Positions 36,385 through 51,200 are shown, counted from the first letter of the whole stretch. The stretch: 62,592 nucleotides of DNA, filler included, from Basidiobolus ranarum (GCA_040143965.1; 38 parts of 38 records of this genome joined end to end with filler, not necessarily neighbours in it); one strand, 5' to 3'. Translations and numbers: made by a program. The notes: generated by a model not told the origin, from the sequence alone.

Positions 36385-37445
36385 AAAGGGATAAAGTTTT
36401 GGTCAAAAAATCTGTTGCAAAAAATACTACAGAAGCCCCTTCAGAAAACAATCACATAATCTGTATAAAAGCAGGCAAAATTCAAGTTACTGGTTTTATG
36501 CAGAATTTCTGATGGTATTCCATAGAGTTGATCAGGATCCAATCCAGGGCATATATAATACATTTTCATAGGGACTACGCAATCCTGATTAATGGTAGGT
36601 ACTCTAATACATTCTACTTCATCCCCAAAAGTACTAACTTTATTATTTGCCGATTCAACATATTCTCCTGGCTTCATTTCTAAGCTCAAGATTGTTCTTC
36701 TTAGAAGCTACTAGTTGATAGAAACACATTTGTAGAAATCTTAAAGGGCTTTCCATATCTATTTGGCAGCTTTAGCTCTTCAACATCAAATTAGTAACTT
36801 GTTGGTAATATTAAGACAAAATGTATGGAAGGCACTTTGTTCTGTCTTACCCTTGATAACAACTTTGGTTTCAGACAACTTTGCATTGTTTTCTTCTCCT
36901 ACAATAATTTTCCAAAGTTCTTTTTCTTGCAGCAGCATTATGATTTGAATTTTCCAAAATTGTCACTAGTTTTATAAAACTTGGTGGTTTTCATTTGCTG
37001 ATTTATTGAGTAAAAATTTAACATTTGTAGTTTTGCCAAGAGGTAAGCATACCAACATGTAGAGTTTGTCAAGGAGGGTCTCAGGAATATGAGTGCAAAG
37101 TTTGGGGCTTCTAGCACAAGCTTGGAAAAATCTATATATCTGAGAACTTCTATGTGGTGTCAATATTTTAAGTAAATTCTGATTGAAAATAGTGGGTGAT
37201 ATCTTGGCTCAAAATAGGATAACTAAATACTAAACTATAAATAACCATACAGGTGTTCAAGTAATACTAACTTCAATACTAGGAACATGTGCACAGAGTT
37301 TAGGGCTTCTAACACAAGTGTGAAATATTTATATATCTGAGAACTTCTAAGTAGGTGTCAATATTCTAAGTGAGCTCCTCATGCAAATAGTGGGTGATAT
37401 CATAGTTGAATATAGGATGAGTAACTTCTTTAGCTATATATTACT
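36385..37445 (-). mobile_element. Degenerate copia family A gag with LTR fragments
   Basis: Homologous to 46320-46800 and to LTR A. Confidence 0.82.
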
Positions 37446-38033
37446 ATAGCGGTGCTTTGGCTATGTTTCTTTCAAAAGTAAGAACTAGCTCTGTAAAATT
37501 TGACTTTGAAGAAAAATATGAAGTATATGAAAGAATCTTACGTAATAGTAAATAGTCCACAAGGTATTGCAACGTTAACAAAAGCATATTGTAAGTAAAG
37601 TCATGTTCCGATATAGTAGATGCCAAAGACAGGCTCTCAGATAATCCTAGAGCAGTAGTACAATGAGCTTTGATTGTTCTACCATCGAAAAAAGACCGTG
37701 ATACTTGAAACAAACATAGAAGTATCTATGAAGCATTTTTCATCAGTGTGGCTAAGCCCTGTTTGTTAAACGTACAAGTATATACAAACATAAAAGCACA
37801 TTGATATTAACGAAAGTATTGCTTTACAAGTCATATCAGTATTTGAACTGTGCTCAACTCAAACACTAAATGAATGATCATTAGTTGAATAACCATGCAT
37901 AGAGTTAATGCGTCATCACCCTGCACATGTCCCNNNNNNNNNNNNNNNNNNNNNNNNNNNNNNNNNNNNNNNNNNNNTTAATTAATTAANNNNNNNNNNN
38001 NNNNNNNNNNNNNNNNNNNNNNNNNNNNNNNNN

Positions 38034-39250
38034 AATCAGCCATCATAGCAACCTTTTTACCTTGATCACGGAAGTAATCGGAAAGAGTAATACCAGTGTA
38101 AATAGAAGCTTCACGAGCAGCGACAGGCATATTGGAGGTGTTAGCGACCAAGGTAGTTCTCTTCATGATGGATTCTGGTCTGCCATCAATGTTAACTGAA
38201 AGTTGAGGGAAGTCCATTAGTACTTCAGCCATCTCGTTACCACGTTCACCACAACCGACGTAAATAATGATATCAGAGTTGGAGTATTTGGAGAGAGATT
38301 GGGAAATGACAGTCTTGCCACATCCGAAAGCTCCGGGAATAGCGGTGGTACCACCTTGAACACAGGGGAATAAAGCATCGAGAACTCTTTGACCAGTGAG
38401 TAAAGGATGATCGGCAGCGAGTTTCTCGGCAACTGGACGAGGAGAACGAACAGGCCACAATTGCATCATAGAGTACTTAGAGATTTGACCATCGAATTCA
38501 GCTTCAAGCACAGTATCTTCAATTGTGTATTGACCCTTAGGAGCAACATAGGTAATAGTACCAGCAGCCTTAGGAGGCAACATAATACCGTGACTATTGA
38601 CAAGGGAGTTCTCAAAGACTGTTCCGTAAATATCACCACCAGTAATATGATCACCAACTCTAAAGTTGGTGGGAGTGAAATCCCACAAGAGTTGCTTATC
38701 CAAGGCAGGAGTAGCGATACCACGTGGAATATAAATTGATTCAGAGGCTTCTTGAATAGCTTTCAACGGACGTTGGATACCATCAAAAATATTGGAGCAA
38801 AGACCGGGGCCTAACTCTACTGAGAGTGGTTTACCGGTTTTTAAGACTGGGTCACCAACAGTAAGACCAGAGGTTTCTTCGTAAACTTGAATGGTAGCTT
38901 TGTCACCATCAATTCTGATGACTTCACCGACCAATTCTTCGTGACCAACACGGACTAATTCGTACATAGCAGAACCGTTCATCTTTTCAGCAATGACGAC
39001 TAAGTAAACAGACAATGAGCAATATAACCACAGAACAAAAGAGTTTATTCAAGACTTACCAGGTCCAGATACGGAGTAAATGTAACCATATTCACTCTCG
39101 TCAGCATCGTAAATCTTGGGTAATTCCCTTCTAGCGTTTTCAAGAGCGCCGGCCTAAAGATAACAGTTTATATAGGTGAGTGTGAGGTTCGGTATGACCA
39201 ATATTTCAAAAATCATTGAGTATCAACGGTTGAGAAGAATAACCTACCAT
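38034..39250 (-). CDS. VMA1: V-type ATPase catalytic subunit A, 3' truncated; exons 39250-39248 (ATG only), 39153-39060, 38999-38034
   Basis: GAFGCGKT Walker [29 protein letters not shown] introns 39154-39247 and 39000-39059 give [15 protein letters not shown]...SVSGPVVIAE. Confidence 0.97.
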
Positions 39251-39681
39251 TATAGTATTGAAGGAGGAAAAGAAAGGTCGAGGATAACTTTGGGAGCAAG
39301 AAGAATAATAATGGAAAAGTTAAGTGGCTAGCTTTAATATTAACTCTTCAAAAATATTAAGCCTCCAGCTGATCGAGAGATTTAGACTGACAGGGGACCC
39401 AAATACATGTTCTGGGCCACAAACTGGCATTCATTCTCGCACTTCAACTTTGAACAAAGTTAATTTGGTTGAATTGATTTTAATTGATACAAATATCGCC
39501 GAAAGAACCAATTCTCGGATCGTTCAGCGGGTTCGGTGGGAGAGGCATTAATACAATTTCGATTTACTCCGTTAAATGCTTNNNNNNNNNNNNNNNNNNN
39601 NNNNNNNNNNNNNNNNNNNNNNNNNTTAATTAATTAANNNNNNNNNNNNNNNNNNNNNNNNNNNNNNNNNNNNNNNNNNNN

Positions 39682-41228
39682 AGATCATGCCAGATGGTGT
39701 ACTAGCAGGCTGGATTGAGCGGCATAATCTGACCTGGTCCAATGGAACAAGTCTATTATGTTTCATCTTGCAATATCTACATAAGCCCCATGTATTCCTT
39801 GATCAGACCTCAGTCTGATCAACACCAGTTATCAATAAAGATTCTTGCCAAAGTATCTTCCTTGTCCAGTCTTGTGGTCTACACCCAAGTACCCTCCTGC
39901 CTTCTAGCCTCCTGTCATTGTTTCCATTCCTTGTCCAGTTCCTTATTGTGACAGGTTATGCCAAGTAATAATACCAAAATATTGCAATTGATGCAGTGTT
40001 TGGAAGTAACTAGTCATCTGTTATAGAGTCACTCAACAATGATAAAAGACCTACAGAATGCTGTACTTGAGCTACAGCAACATGCTGCTCCCTCATCCAT
40101 TCTCATATGGGATTTCAATCAATCCTACACCTTACATATGAATATCACCATGCTAATCTAGCAGAGCAGAATATGAGTCAGACCATTAAGCCTACACAAC
40201 AACCTGAAATTACTTGGGCAAATGGAAGTAGAAATCTCATAGGAAAACTGGCAAACAAAAAGACTGTGAATGTCAGAGCTGCCGTCACTTGCTCCAATGA
40301 TGAGTGGTTTAACATTTTGGAGACTGTGTGAAATCTTGCCAAAAATCTTGTTGATTTGGCCCAATTGTGAAAAAACCAAAAACTAGGTGTTGCTCTCAAG
40401 GTTCTTGACTTATTTCATGTTGCTTATCCTGAGTTTTTGCAAGCAAATGGCAATTGGCTAGTACAGGCCTATTTGTGAAACATCTCAGAAAAGTAGATAA
40501 TTATCAACTTGGAAAAGAAAGAAAAGCAGCTAACGTGATTCTCAACAAGTAGCAAGTTAGTAAACCCAAGGAAATGCAATGGAACCAGTGAGCTTAGGCA
40601 TTTCTGTCCCATTTACCAAATTCCTTACACTATTATAATGATCTGGATTTCCAAAGTCACATATACTGCTTAAAAAGCTTAACTTCATCATGGACCTAGC
40701 TATAGCAGTTGGAAGAGGACTTAATTTGAATATTTATCAAACACCTGGCTGCTCTCAACAAGCTAAAACACCAGGAAATAAAGTTCATGGCTCTCCAACC
40801 TCAACTGGTACCTTTCAAAGTGTTGAAATTAGCCCTAAAGTTGAAGGCAAGCCAAAAGCCACACAAACACTGCAAATCACCCTCAGTAGTGTCATACTAC
40901 AAAGACATATGAAATTTGTCAAGGTGCTTGAGAAGAACTTTCAAAAGTATGAAGGGAATAATACAGTCCAAGTATGCAAAAAGTGGCTTCAGAAGATGAG
41001 CATTTAACTTGCCATTCAATCTGGTGCTTACCACATAGATATATGGGAAGAACTTAATACCAAGTGGCTCAAAATTACATGGTATCTACCAGATAGCTAG
41101 AAGATTGTTGATTTAGCAATAGACTTGTTCCATTTTATTGAGCCAGATCAGGCCAGCTAAAAAGTGTGCCAGCACAAATTGGCATGATTGGGCACTATCT
41201 GGCACAATGTTATTTACCATTTTGGAAA
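39682..41228. mobile_element. hAT-like terminus (to 39755), LTR D fragment (39756-39953), CMC ORF2 remnant (39954-41119, plus), second hAT-like terminus (41120)
   Basis: Homology to copies elsewhere in window; sharp junctions. Confidence 0.85.
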
Positions 41229-42499
41229 NNNNNNNNNNNNNNNNNNNNNNNNNNNNNNNNNNNNNNNNNNNNTTAATTAATTAANNNNNNNNNNNNNNNN
41301 NNNNNNNNNNNNNNNNNNNNNNNNNNNNGTATCATAACTAAAGTTAACTATGATGTTGAATAAAGATTAATTATCCAACATAACTAAATACTAAGCTATA
41401 TATGACTATATAGGTGTTTAGACAATGCTAGTTTCAACATTAAGTTGATTTATGCATGTGCTATTGCAGCCCACTATCCAGGTAATGGATATTCAATCCA
41501 TCAAGTGAATATTTATTGTGCCTGGTTCGTTTAGGAATCCCATCATAATCGGCACTAATTGATGGACACGAATGGCCTACAATCTAAGAAAAGCATGTTG
41601 AAATAGCACCAAGCCCACTAGCCAGCATATGCAATTTAATACCCAACATCACTGCCAGATGAAGACTATCTGTCGTGTAAATTAGAGACAAGCCAATCTT
41701 AGAAAAGAGACACCCGGGCTTTTACTGCAAATACTCCTTGTTGTCTTCTGTTGCCGAGTCCACCTACAAACAAGGTCCACAAATAGAATAAATTGACGTG
41801 GGGATCATTGGGACAATCGAGGGTACTTCATAGACCCTTATCCCCAAATTGCGCAATACAAGTAGTAGCCTGCATTTTCAGGGTATCAAAAGCCTGCTTA
41901 TAAAGACTAGTGCCTTGAATGTAGCCGTGCGACGAAGACTTTACTCCGAGTTTTCTCGACATTAAGTCAACACCAATCAAGGTTTGGCCACTGATTTGTG
42001 TAGCCACAACAAACTATTACCTAGCTAATGCCACCTCATTTTTGGCAAAAAAAACTCGACTAGGGGTCATCACTACATTTAATTTATCAACGAAATTTAA
42101 GGGGTTTTTTTCCTCAGTCAGTTGATCAAATAACCAACGTAACCCTTTGTTGCATAAGATCTCTTAGTAAAGTTGATTCGTGGTTTTTTTATGAGGCTTT
42201 CTCCTCTCACTCCTGATTTAGTAAATTAGTAAGTTAAAGGTGCTGGGCTAATAAGATCTCAATCAGCACCAATTTTTCGAGGGTTTATAATATTGTTGGC
42301 GAAATTACTCGACTAGAACGTCCTCTCTTAGTTCTCTTGTTTTTCAATATATCCAACCAAGTGACCCTTTTCCTCTCCTAATCGTTCTCCCCTTCGGTTT
42401 ATATTGTATTCCCTGGTTTGTGAAGAAAATATACATCCTCTCTTTCTAAAATCGTTTTTTTCTCAAATATTGTCTTTGTTTTCCTCATCTTGACTATAG

Positions 42500-42875
42500 A
42501 TGTCTGATATCTCCGCCGACATAGGTGCTATCGATGCTTGGATTGAGCAACTCAAAGAATGCAAACAGCTACCAGAAGCTGAGGTTAAGAAGCTTTGTGA
42601 CAAGGTAAAGAATTTCTCTCTCGTCTCCTTTTTTGAGAGTTTCCCGTCATCCATGTACTCTAGCTCACTAAACATCTTCCTTAGGCCAAAGAGGTCTTGA
42701 AAGAGGAATCTAACGTTCAGTATGTTAAATGTCCAGTCACTGTATGTGGAGACATTCATGGCCAATTCCACGACCTTATTGAACTATTTAAGATTGGTGG
42801 AAATTCTCCAGACACCAATTACCTCTTTATGGGTGATTACGTGGACCGTGGCTATCACTCTGTGGAGACCGTAAC
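42500..42875 (+). CDS. Ser/Thr protein phosphatase 2A catalytic subunit, 3' truncated; exons 42500-42604 and 42685-42875
   Basis: [26 protein letters not shown]; 80-bp GT-AG intron 42605-42684. Confidence 0.95.
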
Positions 42876-42975
42876 NNNNNNNNNNNNNNNNNNNNNNNNN
42901 NNNNNNNNNNNNNNNNNNNTTAATTAATTAANNNNNNNNNNNNNNNNNNNNNNNNNNNNNNNNNNNNNNNNNNNN

Positions 42976-44521
42976 AACAAATGGATGTCAAGACAGCATT
43001 TCCTAATGTAGAAATTGATGAAGATATATACATGGATCAACCAGTGGGATATATTGCAAAAAGGAAAAGAACATCAAGTATGTAAACTATAGAGAAGTCT
43101 ATAAGGTCTGAAACAGGCTCCTTGTGCATGGAATACCAAAATCAATCAGATCTTCATGAGATATCTTTTCCATATAGCAAAGCTGATCACTGCATATACT
43201 TTAAGACTATCAAAGCCACCAAAGTCATAATAGCTCTCTATGTTGATTATATCATAATAGTTAGTAATTGCTTGAATCTGATGAAACAAACTAAGACCTT
43301 GCTATCTACTGAGTTTGAAATGCAGGATCTTGGATCACTAGCATATTGTCTTGGAATGAAGATATATCAAAATTCCAATATTGCAACACTTTGTATTACA
43401 CAAGAAAGATATGTTGGAGATGTTTAAACAGATTCAGTATGTCAGAATATAAACAGCTTCAAGTCCCCTACATATGCTGAAACTCACTAAGGATATGGAA
43501 CCAAAGACCTTTGAAGATAATGAAATCATGAAACATATTCCTTACCATGCTGCAGTTTGAAATCTCATATATGCAACAACTGGTACTAGGCCTGATATTG
43601 CTACAGCAGTAAGCATAGTAAGTAGATATATGGAAAATCCTGCAATAGAACATTGGATAGCTGTGAAACAGATAATATGCTATCTGAAAGGAACAATACA
43701 TCATGAAATTCAATTTAGTAAGCAGTACAACATGTCACTTATTTTGCAAGGATATGCTGATGCCAACTGGGCTAATGATACAGAAGACTGTAAGTCCAGA
43801 ACTGGATATGTGTTTAAGCTAGCAAGTGGGCCAATAAGCTGGATTAGTAAGAAACAACAAACTGTCATTTTATCAACTACAGAAGCAGAATATATTGTAA
43901 GCCCTATGGCTGTTAAGAAGCTATATGCCTAAGGAGTCTTCTCAAGGAACTAGGATATGATCAAGTTCATGCTACCCCAATATAGCAAGATAATATAGGT
44001 GTATTCAGATCACCAAAAATCCTGAGCATCACTCAAGGATGAAACATATATACATAAGACATCATTTTATACAAGAGAAAGTTCAAGACAAAGAAGTGAA
44101 CTATATTTATTGGAATACTGAAAACATACTTGCAGATATACTAACAAAACAACTCAAAACTTCAAGCTTTGAGAGGTTAAGAGCAGGAATAGGCATTAGT
44201 AAATATAAGTACAACACTGAATAAGATTTAAGGGAAGGTGTTGAGTAATTAATCTTTATCAACATCTTAGTTGACTGTATTTACTAAACATACATCAGAA
44301 ACAGAAAGCAATGTTTCTATAGACCCTATATTCTAAATAGGAATATCTCTATATCTATAAAACAAGTATGTCTTATTACCCCTGCTTATCTATTATATCT
44401 TATTACACAGACTCCTGAATATCTCAAACAATTGATTTACTTTTATACTATATAAGTCACCATATACTCTTAAGAATTAACCAACTAAAACACACTATCA
44501 TAAGTTGCTTCTAATACTCAA
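42976..44521 (+). mobile_element. Ty1/copia family C RT, RNase H, PPT and 3' LTR
   Basis: QMDVKTAF, LYVDY, GYADANWA, LADILTK; AAGGGAAGG then TGTTG at ~44239. Confidence 0.95.
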
Positions 44522-44621
44522 NNNNNNNNNNNNNNNNNNNNNNNNNNNNNNNNNNNNNNNNNNNNTTAATTAATTAANNNNNNNNNNNNNNNNNNNNNNN
44601 NNNNNNNNNNNNNNNNNNNNN

Positions 44622-46167
44622 TAAGAAGTTCTCAGATATATATTTTTCAAACTTGTGCTAGAAGCCCCAAACTTTGCACACATGTTCCTGGGACCTTCCT
44701 TAACACATTCTACACAATAGTTTATTTACATCTTGACAAAATTCTAAATGTCAACTTTCTACTCAATAAATTAATAAGTGAAAACCACCAATTCCTCTAA
44801 TTCTCCAAACCACTTCCAACAGGCTCCCAAATACTTTAACAAGAATGACCCATTATCAGAAATTCAAATTCACCCTGCAACCTAGCTGAAAATTTGCAAG
44901 GGTAGTATATATGAAAAGCAAACCAGGTATTCACTCAATAGCTAGGTTTTCATCAAATTGGTCAACATACTGGATCAAATTCATTCAGATTTGTGTGGAC
45001 CTTTCCAAAATCTACACTAATAGAAATTTGAGGATTGTTATTGCAAGAAAACCAACACAATTTTGATCCGTGCTAGATTGACAATGGACTAACCTCTGTT
45101 AAAGTATTTGGAAGCCTGATCAAAGTTGTCTGGAGAAACAGAGAGATTGGTGATATTTACTTGTTGATTTATTGAGTAGTTAGTTCATATTTACAGTATT
45201 GTCATAATGTAAGCAAACTAACATGTAGAATTGGTTAAGGAAGGTACCAGAAACATGGGTGCAACATTTAGGGCTTCTGGCACAAGTCAGAAAAATATAT
45301 ATATCTGGGAACCTCTAAGTAGGTAAATATATTTTCAGTAAATTGCAATTGAGAATGTTGAATAATATATAAGTGAAATATAAGCTAATTAAGTACTAAG
45401 CTATATAGGACTATATAAGTGTTTAGGCAATGCTATTTTCAACACTATCATGAAATTGCCAAGTTAGATTTGATTTTAATCAATTTTTGAGTTTCAGCTG
45501 TGAAGTTTCTAGATCTCCCAAAATAGTTGCACATGATTGACTACAATCTCAGAGAACCATGGATCAACACAGGTGCAAAAAACATCACTTCAAATTTACC
45601 TAATTACCACTTGAATACTAATTTTACACCTCTGTTTTGTGAATAGGCCTATCTGGCCCAATTGCCATTTGCTTGCAAAAACACAGATAAGCCACATGAA
45701 ATAAGCCAAGAAACATCTGAGTAATACTTGGTCTTTGGTTTTTCCACAATTGGTGCAAAGCAAGCTAATATTAGACAGGATTTGACACAGTATCCAAAAT
45801 GTTAAGCCATTCATCATCAGTGCAAGTGATAGCAGTGCCAACATTCAGCATCTTTTGATTTGCTGGTTTTCCTGTGTTATTCATACTTTCATGTGTCCAA
45901 GCTGTTTTGGATCAATAAGGCATGTTTAAAATATGTAACTCTAATTTTACACATTTTCCACTTGAATGCTTACTTGTCACCTTTGAAATCTCTAGTTTCT
46001 TGAATACATTCTCCTGAATATTTTCATAGAGTTCTTCCTACCCAAGGTTTGGCTCATATGCAACACAAGCTTGTATGACTTTCTCCATCCAAGCCAACCA
46101 TTGTATTAATGTTGCTTAATCAACATTCTTCCAGCTATCTGGTGGATACCCTGCAATATTGTGCCAC
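44622..46167. mobile_element. LTR A end, copia fragment, CMC ORF2-side terminus (variant CACTA at 45015) interrupted by LTR A (45097-45444, minus), rearranged ORF2 pieces
   Basis: CACTAATAGAAATTTGAGG aligns with the termini at 35322 and 5770. Confidence 0.8.
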
Positions 46168-46267
46168 NNNNNNNNNNNNNNNNNNNNNNNNNNNNNNNNN
46201 NNNNNNNNNNNTTAATTAATTAANNNNNNNNNNNNNNNNNNNNNNNNNNNNNNNNNNNNNNNNNNNN

Positions 46268-47812
46268 CCAACAGGCTCCCAAATACTCTAACAGGCTATG
46301 AGCCCCAAGCTTGCACTCTCTGTAATGTCTACTTCTCAAATTTATGGAACTTTTCCCTCTTCTGAAAAATTGGATGGAACCAATCATCAAGTTTGGAAAA
46401 TGAAAATGAAGATGCTGCTGCAAGAAAAAGGACTCTGGGACACTGTTGTAGGAGAAGAAAACAATGCAAAACTATCTGAAATCAAAGTTTAACTACAGGT
46501 TAAAAAAGAACGAAGTGCCTTTAACACAATTGGTATTAATGTTGAAGGCAAATTGCTAATTCAATGTTCAAGAGCTAAAACAATAAAGAAGGTATTAAAA
46601 GCCTTGGAAGACACCTACCAAACAAGTTCTGCTGCCAACAAGATGTTTCTAAGAAGACAATATTTTAACTTAAAGATGAAGCCAGGAGAAAACATTAAAT
46701 CACCAATTAATTGAGTCACTATTTTAGTGGATGAAATGTAATGCATTGGAGTACCTACCACTGATCAGGATATCATAGTTACAGTCCCAAATATCCTGCC
46801 ACACAAGTTTCAGAGCCTAGTAATGGCTCTAAAATCAAGAACAGAAAATTTGACCATAAATCATGTATTTGGCAGACCTCTGGATGAAGATTTATGCAAA
46901 TTGGGATCCAACCCAATGAATGAAGAAAATGCTTTAATAGGTTATGGGAAACCTTCCTATAAAGGTCAAAAGCACTTTAAGAAGAAAAGTAACACATTGT
47001 GTGAATACAGTACATGGACTGGCTCTTTAAGCAAAGATTGCTTCAATAGAATTGCAAAAGAAGAAAAACATACTGAATCAGGAAATGTTGTTACAACAGA
47101 AGATCACTTGTTCATATCTGCTCTATCTATGACAGCCAACAAGGATTCTCAAACATGGTATATTGATTCTGGAGCCTCCCAATATTTCACAAATGAAAAA
47201 CATTGGTTTGTGTATTATGAAGAAATCCCAATTAGAAAGATTTTCATAGGAGATGACCACACTTTGAATGCTATTGGAATGGGAACAAATCAAGTTAATT
47301 AAACTGGATCTTCTGAAGAGAAAGTGTATACTTTTTGTTGAAATTAGCATCCCCTAAGCACCTGTATAGTCATATATAGCTTAGTACTTAGTTATCTTAT
47401 AATTAGCTCAGATATTATCAATTATTCTCAATCAGAATTTACTTAGAATATTTTTACCAACTTAAAAGTTTGCATATATATAGATTTTTCAAACTTGAGC
47501 TAGAAGCCCCAAACTTTGCACACATGTTCCTGGGACCTTTCTTAGCACATTCTACATTGTAGTTTGTCTACATCTTGACAAAACTATAAATGTTAACTTT
47601 CTACTCAATAAATCAATAAGTGAAAACCACCAATTCCTCTGATTCTCCAAACCACTTCCAACAGGCTCCCAAATACTTTAACACCTTTAAGGATGTAATA
47701 CATGATCCAGATATTGCCAAGAATATAACATCTGTATGCAAGGCCACCTCAGAAGGGCTAAAATTCAATTTTGATAAGTCAGGATGCACCAGCACTATTC
47801 AAAATGGCAATT
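46268..47812 (+). mobile_element. Ty1/copia family A 5' region: LTR end, PBS (46294-46305), gag, protease
   Basis: GGCTATGAGCCC; EKLDGTNHQVWK; WYIDSGASQY. Confidence 0.93.
47336..47683 (+). repeat. Solo LTR family A (348 bp) inserted in its own family's protease region
   Basis: TGTTG...TAACA; TSD CTTTT/CCTTT; empty site at 880-890. Confidence 0.9.
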
Positions 47813-49556
47813 NNNNNNNNNNNNNNNNNNNNNNNNNNNNNNNNNNNNNNNNNNNNTTAATTAATTAANNNNNNNNNNNNNNNNNNNNNNNNNNNNNNNN
47901 NNNNNNNNNNNNTGGAGATTCTGATTCGGTCAATTGAATAAGCCTGCGTCTACAGTATGATGCTTGCTTCAAGATTTGAGGCCTATATTAATATTTCATA
48001 TCGACTGTAAAATGGAAACATATTTTTTAACTCTCAAGGTTTTGCTCAACGTGTTGTATTGATAACCTCCGAAATGTTCCCATATCAAAGCGACCTCGAT
48101 GGAGCCAACTGTCAGGTGATCGAGACTCCAACTTCAATTTATTTTTTTTAAAATATCTCTATTATTCGGTACTTGATGCTAGGAACAATCTTAACGCGAT
48201 TCTTAGTTCGAGTTTCTACCTCGAGTGCAGTATTAATGTATTATATGCCATAAATTAACTGACACCATGAACAACTGAACTAAGCAGTTAAAATGACATG
48301 GGGCACACTTATGCCTGAAACCAAGAGGCTCCTGAGTTTTAGATTCTCAAATGCTATAAATATTTCTTACCATCTCACAATATGAGTTATGGATCAAAAA
48401 GAAGCTAGCACCTATTTATCAGAATCAAGCACGAGGATATTCATTTAGCATGGTCAACCTGATGCGTGCTATATATTTAGCATCTCTCAGAGAGGAATAG
48501 AATACAGCAATTCACTACTGAATATTTAACCAAGGACTACTGATTATTTGGAATCAGAAACCATGATGCTTCCACCTTAACAATGGAGTATCGGATTGAC
48601 CTGCCTAACTACCATATTATTCTATCCGGAGCATTACTCAAATAATTCACGGTTACGGAATGTGTTTTAAGAAATAGAGTTATTGTGAATTTCAGAGCTG
48701 TCCCTTACTCAACAAAAATACAGAAATTATATTTTGAAGATAACACTAAAAACAATTGGTGAAGCTGTGTTCTGAACATCTTCATGAGCTGGAAATTTTA
48801 GAGTCACTCCAATTAGCTCCAAGATGATGGTTTATTTCAACTTGGCCAATTCTGGGATTATTTATATATAACCTGAATGTATGTTCCAATTTTGCACCAA
48901 GTGATATGAAGTTAAATAATGTTGACAAACTTAAATGTGCTATATACAATAATTAGATATTCAAATATAAGCATAGCGAATACAATAGCAATAATTCGCT
49001 TGAACAATCACCAGGTCCTGCTCAGCATATTATATTAATCTGATTAAGTGATTCAAATACAAACCTTACTAGTAGCTTAAAGGAGCGCGAGAACTAGCGA
49101 AAAATGGCTTAATAAAAGGAAATCCAAATACAGTTATTTTTTATGTCACACTGACCATCATAACTGGATGCTTGCTGTGATTCTAATGATAGTTTCTTGA
49201 ATGTGTTGATTTCATCACTCGCGAATTGATTGTAAATTTGAATTATTAGTACAATTAGTCATATTGATATCCTTATATGTAGCTTTTGTTAGTAAGCTTA
49301 TGTAATCTGTTGAAATTAGCATTGCCTAAATACCTATATAGTCATATATAGCTTAGTATTTAGTGTTAAAGTATTTGGGAGCCTGCTGATAGTGGTTTGG
49401 AGAATTAGAGAAATTGGTGGTTTTCACTTGTTGATTTATTGAATATTCAGTTGACANNNNNNNNNNNNNNNNNNNNNNNNNNNNNNNNNNNNNNNNNNNN
49501 TTAATTAATTAANNNNNNNNNNNNNNNNNNNNNNNNNNNNNNNNNNNNNNNNNNNN

Positions 49557-51100
49557 CTTGTCTGAAAGATTTGATGAAATCACCCAAATATATATCATTG
49601 ATCCAATACCAACGTACTCACTGTAAAGCTGATGATATTACTGATATACTTGATGGATATCACTACCAGAATCTGAAAAGCCAAGGTTTCTTTGAGAACA
49701 CATATGATCATGCATTTGCATTGGCTCTGGATGGTTTCTCACTAAACAAATACAACATTGTAAAGGCTTGCTGGCCAAGAATTTTAATGAACTTAAATCT
49801 TTGTCCTTCTGAGCAGTTTAAAAGTCAAAATATTTTGATACCATCCATCATATTTGGACCTAAATCACCATTGCTTATAGACAGCTTCCTGGAGCCTTTG
49901 ATTGCAGAATTGGAAGGGTTTTCAAATGTGGTTCAGAATGGTGAATATTTTATTTAAGCTAATATCATTGTATGCATTGGTGACACTCCTGTCATCAGTA
50001 AACTTGGAGGTTTTTGCAGGCACAATGCACTGTCTAGTGGTAGATTTTGTCAAATCAATGGAGTTTACTCTAACAGGCATATGTGTTATTACTATCCAAC
50101 TACAACACTAAACTTCATGATTTTACCATCAAGAGCCTGGTCATATTTCAATATGAGCACTGATATCAATTTGCCAAATAGTCAGTCTAACATCAAACTT
50201 GGTATTAGCAATAAGCCTAAGATTATATTGCTACAGGGGATTAGCTGGAGCCAGAGCTTCCCATCAGGCACTATGCACTTACTATTCAACAACATTTCAA
50301 TACTGCTTACTCAGCTTTATAGTGGAAAATCAGTATGAATGAGCCATTTGAGATATGATCAACATTTGAATCAATTGGGAAAATGCTTGAACACATCAAG
50401 ATACCATAGTATTTTTCCAGCACTTCCATCAATATGCACTCATCTAGGCATTTATTTAAATGCAAAGACTGGAAGTACTGGATTTGTATATATTCAAGTG
50501 GAATTTTGAAATGATTTCTGCCTGATAAGTATTGGCAACATTGGGAGTTGTTTGTCAATATTGTGAATATGTTCTTACAGCATCAACTCATATTGGCAGA
50601 TCTCAGGCAGATATGGCAATTGTGCAAAGATTTTGTAATTGGATATGAAAAACTTTATTACAGGTTCAAAGAAGATAGACTGAATCTATGCCAGTATTCA
50701 ATACATTCCCTGCTGGATCTTTCACAATGCTTAGAGATTATAGGCCCTTGCTATACATTCTGGGAGTTCTCAATGGAGTGCACCTATGGTCAAATGATGC
50801 TCTGTGTGAAATTGCCAGTATTACCATATGCTAATCTGATTAACAGTGTAGCAGCAAAATCAGTGATGGATGTAATGCAATAGGTTAAGGAGACTCCAGA
50901 GTTTATTAACCTGCCAACAAAGGGCTCTCTTCAATATGCTCATTGTTTTTGCATTGTTTGAGCACAATAACAGCAACAAAGCCCAATCCATGGACACAGA
51001 GTAAGTACCTGTATAATTGGACTAATTTAATTGTGTGATAATCTGATTGTATTTTTAGGAAAGCTACAAAACAGACTTCTTGGGGAGATAGATCAAGATA
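49557..51100 (+). mobile_element. CMC/EnSpm (Tnp2 / Transposase_21-type) transposase catalytic region, pseudogenised
   Basis: ALDGF, CWP-IL-NLNL-P, GPKSP, GDTP, GTMH, KDWKYW, GPCYTFWEFSME. Confidence 0.9.
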
Positions 51101-51200
51101 NNNNNNNNNNNNNNNNNNNNNNNNNNNNNNNNNNNNNNNNNNNNTTAATTAATTAANNNNNNNNNNNNNNNNNNNNNNNNNNNNNNNNNNNNNNNNNNNN

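Noticed and set aside
38230-38275. VMA1 intein (PI-SceI type), which could have explained the LAGLIDADG fragment
   Set aside because: The insertion site [13 protein letters not shown] is uninterrupted, and the LAGLIDADG piece is on another contig in mitochondrial code
38217-38739. Overlapping alternative-frame ORFs within VMA1 (likewise 2759-3044 and 42463-42771)
   Set aside because: Shadow ORFs of conserved genes
47913-49305. Unique non-repetitive stretch (also 41440-42480, 61052-62100)
   Set aside because: No convincing ORF, RNA structure or repeat; treated as intergenic
49557-51100. Stop-codon reassignment explaining in-frame stops in TE ORFs
   Set aside because: Stops differ between copies, come with frameshifts and fit C-to-T decay; host genes read in the standard code
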